A DNA stretch of 64,000 nucleotides from the IMG/VR virus record IMGVR_UViG_3300038560_000007, positions 15,615-79,614 of that record; one strand, given 5' to 3'. The notes below the pieces were generated by a model that made no database searches, was not told the origin of the DNA, and saw only the letters and a list, made by a program, of their open reading frames with translations. Positions within the stretch are counted from its first letter, which is position 1; each line of letters starts with the position of its first letter. The translations under genes were made by a program, and so were the position numbers. Below, one piece after another: positions 57,578 through 64,000 of the stretch. Source of the stretch: a virus.

Positions 57578-57780
57578 TCGCATTCGAAGGGCACATCACA
57601 TCGATCGAGTATGAAGACGACGGGATGATTCGAGCCATCATCGCGCACGACCCTCGAGGCATACCTTGTCGAATAGAGATCGACAGGCCTCCTGAACGGA
57701 TGATCACCCCGATATACGGCCAAACTTCTCTCATGCTAACCCATCAAACGATGCAACCGCCTATCAGAGTTCACCTATGA
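57574..57780 (+). CDS. Hypothetical protein
   Basis: ATGA overlaps on both sides. Confidence 0.55.
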   Translation: MIAFEGHITSIEYEDDGMIRAIIAHDPRGIPCRIEIDRPPERMITPIYGQTSLMLTHQTMQPPIRVHL

Positions 57781-58511
57781 TTGATTTCTACACCAACGAA
57801 ACAGTACACAACATCCCTCCTCAGGACTACCTAATCAATCTGATCCTGCCGGAGGGCGTTTCACTGCTATCCGCACACCCCAAGAAGGGCAAATCCATCC
57901 TAGCCCTAGACTGGGGGCTATCCCTTAGTGCAGGCCTCAACTGGATGGGGCACCAGTGTAGGCAAGTCCCGGTACTTTACGTCCTATCCGAGGCGCGTAG
58001 CACACTAACCAAGCGCGTCCCAGCATGGCAAACTCGACACGGGAAGCTATCCCACGAGCTAACCTACGCATGTGGTGCCACGAATCTGTGCGACTACAAC
58101 ACAGTCATAGCAGATCTATCACCACATATCCCAGATGAAGGCATGATTATCTGGGATACCATGTCGCGAAACATGGTCGGAGGCGACGAAAACGACTTCC
58201 GAACCATGGGAGCCGCCATCAGAACATGCGATCGGCTCTACGAAAACCATGGAACCAGCTCCCTCCTAGTGCACCACTCCACTAAGGAACATCAAATCAC
58301 AGCTGGAGGAGCAAAAGTAACCGGCAGCTGGTACCGAGGACACAGCAGTTTGCTCGGCGCAATCGACATGGGCATGACTATTGACGAGGACGAACTCGTC
58401 TGTAAGGCGGCCAGGCACGACGAAGAGTTCGACCCTATTGCCCTTCAGCGCACCGTTATCGGCGGTGGCGTCATACTAGACTGGCACTCGACAAAGGCAG
58501 GATACAGATGA
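57777..58511 (+). CDS. RepA/AAA_25-type (RecA-fold) helicase domain without a primase domain
   Basis: SAHPKKGKS, VLYVLSE, IIWDT, GDEN, LVHH..K, RGHSSL. Confidence 0.85.
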   Translation: MIDFYTNETVHNIPPQDYLINLILPEGVSLLSAHPKKGKSILALDWGLSLSAGLNWMGHQCRQVPVLYVLSEARSTLTKRVPAWQTRHGKLSHELTYACGATNLCDYNTVIADLSPHIPDEGMIIWDTMSRNMVGGDENDFRTMGAAIRTCDRLYENHGTSSLLVHHSTKEHQITAGGAKVTGSWYRGHSSLLGAIDMGMTIDEDELVCKAARHDEEFDPIALQRTVIGGGVILDWHSTKAGYR

Positions 58512-58696
58512 CCTACAAAAACACCGTTTCAGTACAAGTGCTAATATCCTCCCCACCAGAGGTCGACGAAACGCTACGCAGGGTCGATAAGGAACACATG
58601 TCGTTTCAGGTTATCGACGAGCGAGACAATCGAACTGCAGCCTGGATTGTGCCTGACGCGCTCATGCGGGCCCTAGCCCCTGGGATGTATCAATAA
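58508..58696 (+). CDS. Hypothetical protein
   Basis: ATGA overlap. Confidence 0.5.
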   Translation: MTYKNTVSVQVLISSPPEVDETLRRVDKEHMSFQVIDERDNRTAAWIVPDALMRALAPGMYQ

Positions 58697-58722
58697 AAAG
58701 CCATAAAAACTTCTGATAAGCC

Positions 58723-58756
58723 CCTTGCAATCCACCCAGGGCTCCCTATATAATAG
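58723..58756 (+). promoter_or_regulatory. Class I phage promoter
   Basis: CCTTG-N19-TATATAATAG. Confidence 0.85.
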
Positions 58757-58783
58757 ATGTATACGCTCGCGACAAGGAGTTCC

Positions 58784-59032
58784 ATGCGTCCGCACAAGGT
58801 TGATTATCGACCTATGCTGACTCTGGCAGCCGAGACGAACACGCCGCAGACGGCCAAGAACGTCAAGCTCGATGACATGCAACTGTTGACCAGGCGTCTT
58901 CGCAACCAAGCTCGTAGCCTCGGCCTGGAGATTCACATCAGTACCGACAGGCAAAGCAGGTCGGTAACAGTCAAGTGCTCGAAGGCCTCAGATGAACATC
59001 GACGAGTACCTCCGTCAAGTCGAGGAGGATGA
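58784..59032 (+). CDS. Hypothetical protein
   Basis: AAGGAG RBS before ATG 58784; first gene after a promoter. Confidence 0.6.
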   Translation: MRPHKVDYRPMLTLAAETNTPQTAKNVKLDDMQLLTRRLRNQARSLGLEIHISTDRQSRSVTVKCSKASDEHRRVPPSSRGG

Positions 59033-59270
59033 ACGAGGTGACCAGGAATGGATGCGCCCCGTTCAGTACGCCAAGCATCGAGGACTGTATCCTCAACAGA
59101 TCTACGCCTGGATGCGCAAGGGGATCATCGAGTGGAAGATCTGCGACTGCGGCGCTAAGGTCATTCGCGTCGCGGACGTAGACGAACTACTCCGAAGTAA
59201 GGGCAAGCTACAGCCCGAAGACGACTCTGGCGAAAACGAGGACGACGATGCCGAGTGTGAAGGGAGCTGA
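58992..59270 (+). CDS. Excisionase/MerR-like HTH protein
   Basis: MRPVQYAKHRGLYPQQIYAWMRKG...IRVADVDELL. Confidence 0.7.
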   Translation: MNIDEYLRQVEEDERGDQEWMRPVQYAKHRGLYPQQIYAWMRKGIIEWKICDCGAKVIRVADVDELLRSKGKLQPEDDSGENEDDDAECEGS

Positions 59271-59490
59271 TTGGGCTGACTACTTCAACTGGCAGATCTC
59301 TCAGCGGGAACGTCCGCTGCCCAAGACTCACGGCCTTTGGTGTCGTCAGTGCAGGCATTCACATCCATACAACGGATCCAGCAAGCTCGACGTCAAGTTC
59401 GAGAAGCGAGGAGATCACTGGGTCATCATGTGGCTCTGTCCCCGAACCGGCGAACAAGTCGGAGAAGGTATCCCAGAAAGGCAAACATGA
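59248..59490 (+). CDS. Zn-ribbon-like hypothetical protein
   Basis: WCRQC ... WLCPRTG. Confidence 0.55.
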   Translation: MPSVKGADWADYFNWQISQRERPLPKTHGLWCRQCRHSHPYNGSSKLDVKFEKRGDHWVIMWLCPRTGEQVGEGIPERQT

Positions 59491-59759
59491 GTCTGTTTAA
59501 GCACAACCACGAGCCAAAGCACGACTACTACGAAATTGCCATCTATACACCCTCGGATGGTATAGCAGGCCTCTACGGAGGCGTAATCCCCAAGACGATA
59601 GTCCTGCTCAAGTGCCGCAAGACGGGCACCCTCGACACAGTAGTCCTGCCGGGTAAGTGGACACTCGAACAAGTCCGAGGACACGCAGAACTCGACGCGA
59701 TCCAGAAGATCGAATCTGATCTAAACCTCCCTCACGTGGACCCTGCCTACTATGAGTGA
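59487..59759 (+). CDS. Hypothetical protein
   Basis: ATGA overlap; LPGKWTLEQVRG. Confidence 0.55.
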   Translation: MSLFKHNHEPKHDYYEIAIYTPSDGIAGLYGGVIPKTIVLLKCRKTGTLDTVVLPGKWTLEQVRGHAELDAIQKIESDLNLPHVDPAYYE

Positions 59760-60078
59760 CCTGACGGCCCACGCACTCGTTCACTTCGGCGATGAACTAT
59801 TCCCCCGCTTGGACAAGATCATCAACGCGTTCGGGATGGGTCAGAATGAGGAAGAGCCTCCCGAGATCGATCCGTTTCTTGACGATATACTCGCCATCCT
59901 AAAGCAAGGCATGCACGTCCAACTAGGAACAACGGTTGAAGGCGAGTTCTACATTCGCACGCTGTACTACGAAGGCCACCCAGCACAAATGCAACAGGGC
60001 GACCTACTTAAGATCGTCAGCCGCGTCCGTAAGACAGTGGCTCCAGCCCCTGCCGATACGCCGAAAGGAACCGAGTAG
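59752..60078 (+). CDS. Hypothetical protein
   Basis: Tiles the operon. Confidence 0.55.
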   Translation: MSDLTAHALVHFGDELFPRLDKIINAFGMGQNEEEPPEIDPFLDDILAILKQGMHVQLGTTVEGEFYIRTLYYEGHPAQMQQGDLLKIVSRVRKTVAPAPADTPKGTE

Positions 60079-60118
60079 AACCGACCGGTGGGGGAACCTA
60101 CAAACCAAAGGCAGGTTC

Positions 60119-60748
60119 ATGGCACGTCACAAGAAGCGCGCAAGCATCATCGCTGGTCGGATGATCGCAATCGGGTGCACGCTCCTCGCATCCGCGTCCA
60201 TCACCACTCTGGTCTACAGCGCAACAGCGTCCGCGAGCCCAGCGGCTCCAGCCAAGACGGAAGCAGCACTCACGTTCACCGTCTCGAATCAGGAAGTCAA
60301 GGCCTTCCAGATTCAAGCCCGACAGAAGAACATGTCCGCGTACGTCCTATCCCTTCAGGAGCAGGCCGCTGCCGCCCGGAGAAAGGCACGCGAGGAAGCA
60401 GCTGCTAGGGCAGCGGCAGCGCTAGCGGCAGCACCTCCCCCAACTCCGACCGCGACCTACCAGGCGCCTCCTCCAGCCGTAGGTGACTACAGCTACGCAG
60501 GGCTAGAGCAGATCTGGGAGGCTAACGGCGGATCGGCAGCCACAGCGAACGTAGCCGCGTGCATCGCGACCCACGAGTCGGGTGGAAACCCGGGCGCCAT
60601 CAGCCCGACCGACGACTACGGCCTGTGGCAGATTCACGACAACCCAGCAGCACTCAACCCGAACACATCGGCAGCTATCGCGGTAGCAATGTCGAGCGAT
60701 GGCACCAACTGGTCCCCCTGGACTACTGCGAGCGACTGCGGCGTATAA
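60119..60748 (+). CDS. Secreted lytic transglycosylase (SLT/Rpf-like)
   Basis: Signal peptide, Ala/Pro linker, CIATHESGGNPGA...DYGLWQI...NWSPWTT. Confidence 0.85.
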   Translation: MARHKKRASIIAGRMIAIGCTLLASASITTLVYSATASASPAAPAKTEAALTFTVSNQEVKAFQIQARQKNMSAYVLSLQEQAAAARRKAREEAAARAAAALAAAPPPTPTATYQAPPPAVGDYSYAGLEQIWEANGGSAATANVAACIATHESGGNPGAISPTDDYGLWQIHDNPAALNPNTSAAIAVAMSSDGTNWSPWTTASDCGV

Positions 60749-60769
60749 CCACTATGAAGGCGGACAAGA

Positions 60770-61078
60770 ATGCCAACCAAGCAAGAAGAAAACCTGAAGT
60801 CACAGCCCATGGCGCCCGACGAAGAGAAGGATAGCCCTTTCCAGACAACGGTCCCTGCAGAAGACTACTTGAAGGCGGCAGAACAAGTCCTCAAGCTTGA
60901 AACTCGCTGGGCAGCCTTCAACGAGCGTCTCTGGGAAGATATCATGGGCTTCCTAGGCACCGCTTACAAGGACGCACGAGCACGAGACGCAGCGGGAGTT
61001 CAACAGAAGGCTCTCACTGCCTTGAACCTGGCATGCGTAGCGGCTCTCATAGACCAGATCAACGCAACAACGAAGTAA
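60770..61078 (+). CDS. Hypothetical protein
   Basis: Tiles the operon. Confidence 0.55.
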   Translation: MPTKQEENLKSQPMAPDEEKDSPFQTTVPAEDYLKAAEQVLKLETRWAAFNERLWEDIMGFLGTAYKDARARDAAGVQQKALTALNLACVAALIDQINATTK

Positions 61079-61090
61079 CAGAGAGGAACC

Positions 61091-61273
61091 ATGCCCAGGA
61101 AAACGCACTCTGGCAAGGCGAGGAAGCGCACGCCCCCGCACGTAACACACCAGTGTTGCAGCAGTACAGGTGAATGCCTATGCGCAGACCGCCGCAACTG
61201 TGGCTGCCAAGGGTGCGTTTGCAACGGCGATCCGAATACTAGACCGAAGTCCAAGCGTCCAACCGATGACTAA
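61091..61273 (+). CDS. Cys-rich, metallothionein-like small protein
   Basis: CC-x5-CxC-x5-CxC-x2-CxC; GAGG RBS. Confidence 0.5.
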   Translation: MPRKTHSGKARKRTPPHVTHQCCSSTGECLCADRRNCGCQGCVCNGDPNTRPKSKRPTDD

Positions 61274-61290
61274 CCAACGAAGGGCAGCGA

Positions 61291-62031
61291 ATGATCAAGT
61301 GTGATGGCGTAGCCATCGTCTCAGGAGGGCTCGACAGCGTCACGATGGCGCACTACCTCGTCAAGGCCTGGGAGAGAAAGCCTCATCTTATCTCGTTCGA
61401 CTACGGACAGCGCCACATCAAGGAGCTGGACTTCGCAGAGGAATGCGCCGATGAGCTCAGCCTGCCATGGAGCATGATCGACCTCTCCAGTCTGACGCAC
61501 CTGATCTCCAGTTCAGCGTTGACCTTCGGACAGGATGTCCCAGAAGGGCACTACGCCGAGGACAACATGGCGCTGACCGTCGTCCCTAACCGCAACATGA
61601 TGATGCTTTCGATCGCGGCTGCTATCGCCGTTAGCAACGAGTACACCTACATCGCGGCCGGGATGCACGCAGGCGACCACGCCCAGTACCCTGACTGTCG
61701 TCCACAGTTCATCGGCAGCATCCAACAGACACTCAAGTACGCCAACGAGGGCTTCACCGTCAGAGACAGCGGCCTAGTCATCGACACCCCCTGGATCGCC
61801 GCCACCAAGAGCGACATCGCTCGCCACGCGTTCGAGATGGAAGTTCCGCTCGAAAAAACCTGGTCCTGCTATAAGGGTAACGAGAAGCACTGCGGTCGAT
61901 GCGGCACCTGCGTCGAACGCCTCGAGGCCATCGCCTCAGTCACGATCGCTCCCGAAGGCTGGGACAAGACCGAGTATGAGGACTCAGAGTACTGGAAAAC
62001 CGCCGTCACAGAGTTCCAGGAGGCAAAGTAA
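61291..62031 (+). CDS. queC: 7-cyano-7-deazaguanine synthase
   Basis: SGGLDS, FDYGQRH, VPNRN, YPDCRP, TWSCY...HCGRCGTC. Confidence 0.95.
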   Translation: MIKCDGVAIVSGGLDSVTMAHYLVKAWERKPHLISFDYGQRHIKELDFAEECADELSLPWSMIDLSSLTHLISSSALTFGQDVPEGHYAEDNMALTVVPNRNMMMLSIAAAIAVSNEYTYIAAGMHAGDHAQYPDCRPQFIGSIQQTLKYANEGFTVRDSGLVIDTPWIAATKSDIARHAFEMEVPLEKTWSCYKGNEKHCGRCGTCVERLEAIASVTIAPEGWDKTEYEDSEYWKTAVTEFQEAK

Positions 62032-62033
62032 TC

Positions 62034-62273
62034 ATGGCGAACGAGAACAAGTACGGCAGGATCACGACCGAGAAGGGCAGCATCCCAGAAGACGAACCAG
62101 TCTTTCTTCTCCGCGCCCAGGACGTCTGCGCCGTTCCGACGATGGAGGCCTACGTCAACGAGTGCGAAATGCGCGGGAGCCCTCAGAGTCACCTCGACGG
62201 CATCGACGAAGCCATCGCCCGATTCGAGGCGTGGCAACGAGACCATTCTGTGCACACACCCACCAGTAGTTAA
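62034..62273 (+). CDS. Conserved hypothetical protein
   Basis: IPEDEPVFLLRAQD...Y pattern; GGAGG RBS. Confidence 0.7.
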   Translation: MANENKYGRITTEKGSIPEDEPVFLLRAQDVCAVPTMEAYVNECEMRGSPQSHLDGIDEAIARFEAWQRDHSVHTPTSS

Positions 62274-62288
62274 TCAAGGAGGTACCCA

Positions 62289-62675
62289 ACGGGAGAGATC
62301 CAAGCACACATCGCCGCAATCGAGGACTGGTACGACGGATTCAGTATCCGGCAGTCGCTCGCCAACATTCAGATCCAGCTCGACAAGGTACTAGCGAACC
62401 AGGAGAAGATCTTGAGTAACCAGGCAGAAGAGATCCAGCTTGCACAGGAGCTAGAGACGCAGATCGGCCTCATCAACACCGGCGTGACCACGCTCGGCAC
62501 AGAGATCGCCGCTCTCCAGGCGCAGGCCGAGAACGGGCAGCCGCTGGAATTCAGCGGAGTCAACCAGGCCCTCAGCGACCTGACCAACTCGGCAGCCGGC
62601 GTTACTGCAGCAGCAGCCGCAGCGGCTCCGACGACTCCAGCTGCTCCGGCAAACCCAGGAACTCCAACCACCTAG
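62289..62675 (+). CDS. Coiled-coil hypothetical protein; possible ACG start (TTG alternative at 62412)
   Basis: AGGAGG 6 nt before ACG; 41 open codons in frame with the 62412 ORF. Confidence 0.55.
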   Translation, partial: TGEIQAHIAAIEDWYDGFSIRQSLANIQIQLDKVLANQEKILSNQAEEIQLAQELETQIGLINTGVTTLGTEIAALQAQAENGQPLEFSGVNQALSDLTNSAAGVTAAAAAAAPTTPAAPANPGTPTT

Positions 62676-62679
62676 GAAC

Positions 62680-62822
62680 CTAGGGGCGGCCGACGCTCAG
62701 GGAAGAGCAGGATGTCGTAGCCAACCGACAGGGACTGAAGAGCCTACGCACCATAGGGCCTAGTACGTGCCCAGAGGGTTTAGACGCAGACAGAGCGTGG
62801 TCCCGCCTGCCGCCGCCCCTAG
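62680..62822 (+). ncRNA. Structured intergenic RNA element
   Basis: CTAGGGGCGGC/GCCGCCCCTAG 11-bp closing stem; inner GGGAC/GTCCC junction with CCTA/TAGG, GCCC/GGGT and CGC/GCG hairpins. Confidence 0.55.
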
Positions 62823-62844
62823 CCTCACCCGACGAAGGAGAACC

Positions 62845-63381
62845 ATGAGGAAGATTCTGCTAGCACTGGCAGCCAGCGCCGCACTCGTGCTGTCAGGCGC
62901 AGGGATGGCAAGTGCCGCACCTGCGCACCAGACAGCCCCCGTGCACCAGACAGCCCGTGCAGAGACAGCTACGCACATGACGGCACTACCGTGGTGCGAC
63001 GAGAACGTCGAGTGCCTGAACGACGAGGGCAACGGCCTCAACGTCGCTGTCCAGCCATCCGGTGACGGCTTCACCAACTACACCACCGCCTCGACTAGCT
63101 CGTGGGACGGCTATACCACTTACGAGTACAAGGGGTCAGACGGACTCTGCCTAGGCTGGAACGGTGTCCACACGGTGCACCAGTCGTTCGTCAAGGCATC
63201 AACCTGTCTCGAGGGCAACGACCAGTATTTCACCATGATCAACGGCTTCTGGCAGAACGTAGGCGCGTCGATAGGCACCGGCTCCGCCTACATCGTAGAT
63301 TCCGACTACGCCGAGGGTGAAGCAGAGATCGACGTCAAGACAGCGGGCAGCCCGAACAGCCACGAAGAGTGGATCAGGTGA
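62845..63381 (+). CDS. Secreted protein, ricin-B-lectin-like
   Basis: AAGGAG RBS; signal peptide ending ASA; ECLND, GLCL, C...DQYF, EEW. Confidence 0.6.
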   Translation: MRKILLALAASAALVLSGAGMASAAPAHQTAPVHQTARAETATHMTALPWCDENVECLNDEGNGLNVAVQPSGDGFTNYTTASTSSWDGYTTYEYKGSDGLCLGWNGVHTVHQSFVKASTCLEGNDQYFTMINGFWQNVGASIGTGSAYIVDSDYAEGEAEIDVKTAGSPNSHEEWIR

Positions 63382-63926
63382 AACACTGGAGGCTAGCGGT
63401 TCTCGGCGCAGCCGTGCTAGTTCCACTCAGCGCAGCCGTCCCAGCACAGGCGGCATTCCACCCAGCTGCCGCGCACGCCTCGGCACTAGCAGCCCGTCCG
63501 GCAGTCGCGAACGCGGTTGCCAACGTCGGCTTCAGCGAGCCTCGGATCTTCGTGGTCTCCCGGCCGGTTCCGGATAAGGACCTGCTGGTATACTCCATGA
63601 AAGTCGAGGTCTCAACCAGGCCGCTCGATTTCCACACCACCATCGAGATGTTCAAGTGGCCTGCAGTCGGATCACCGTACAAGTACCAGCACACTGGAGT
63701 CTTCAACATTACGGACCTCCCGGCAGCTGGCAGCAGCAGGATCTGGCAGTTGCGGAACACCTGCTCTACGGGTCGCTTCTTCATCGAACTGACGATCAGT
63801 GGCACAAGCTCATCAGGAAAGTACCAGCATGAAGTGGAGTTCTACCCCGAAGGCACCAAGTCAGGAAAGACCGACGCAGCCATTCGGCCTACTCGCAAGC
63901 AGAGCCACCTAATCAAGGCCTGCTAA
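63378..63926 (+). CDS. Secreted hypothetical protein
   Basis: GTGA overlap; signal peptide ending AQA. Confidence 0.65.
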   Translation: MKHWRLAVLGAAVLVPLSAAVPAQAAFHPAAAHASALAARPAVANAVANVGFSEPRIFVVSRPVPDKDLLVYSMKVEVSTRPLDFHTTIEMFKWPAVGSPYKYQHTGVFNITDLPAAGSSRIWQLRNTCSTGRFFIELTISGTSSSGKYQHEVEFYPEGTKSGKTDAAIRPTRKQSHLIKAC

Positions 63927-63930
63927 CCAC

Positions 63931-63970
63931 AGGAAGCCGCCCTGCACTTCGGTGCAGGGCGGTTTTCTTC
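63931..63970 (+). terminator. Intrinsic terminator
   Basis: GCCGCCCTGCAC-TTCG-GTGCAGGGCGGT followed by TTTCTTC. Confidence 0.9.
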
Positions 63971-64000
63971 TGCCGTCGCTTCCTCCATTCCCTAGCGAGT

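Noticed and set aside
62735-62741. CTGAAGA matching the hammerhead CUGANGA core
   Set aside because: There is no correctly placed GAAA after stem II and no stem III/UH, so it is not called a ribozyme
1-64000. Integrase/att site, transposase, intron/intein, reverse transcriptase/DGR
   Set aside because: No diagnostic motifs were found in any ORF of this window. Long antisense ORFs (for example 55805-56656, 49413-50033, 51317-51961) are shadows of real genes.

Overview
This window is most or all of a tailed dsDNA (siphovirus-type) phage genome. The host is probably an actinobacterium, inferred from the gene families and GGAGG ribosome-binding sites. A minus-strand late operon (about 55.2 to 24.7 kb) encodes TerL, portal, scaffold, an HK97-type capsid, accessory and fibre proteins, connectors, tail tube, a frameshifted tail chaperone, tape measure with a transglycosylase domain, tail tip and lysis genes. 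Plus-strand early and middle genes (55.4-64 kb and 0-24.6 kb) encode an SNF2 helicase, a Cas4/RecB-like nuclease, an AAA ATPase, SSB, a UDG-fused family A polymerase, a RuvC-like protein, a full 7-deazaguanine DNA-modification set (folE, queD, queE, queC, dpdA-like) and several secreted proteins. I saw no integrase and no CRISPR array. The most unusual signals are: (1) a promoter-driven array of about 520 nt made of six back-to-back multibranched RNA domains at 3.56-4.08 kb, plus dispersed structured units, one sharing the same closing helix, and a tRNA mimic with no anticodon arm; (2) four tandem small late proteins sharing a ~29-aa N-terminal motif upstream of TerL; (3) a degenerate, compact PolB-like gene near a primase-less RepA-type helicase; (4) two distinct, exactly spaced promoter classes. 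All calls come from motif reading and manual base-pairing. No database searches or folding programs were run.
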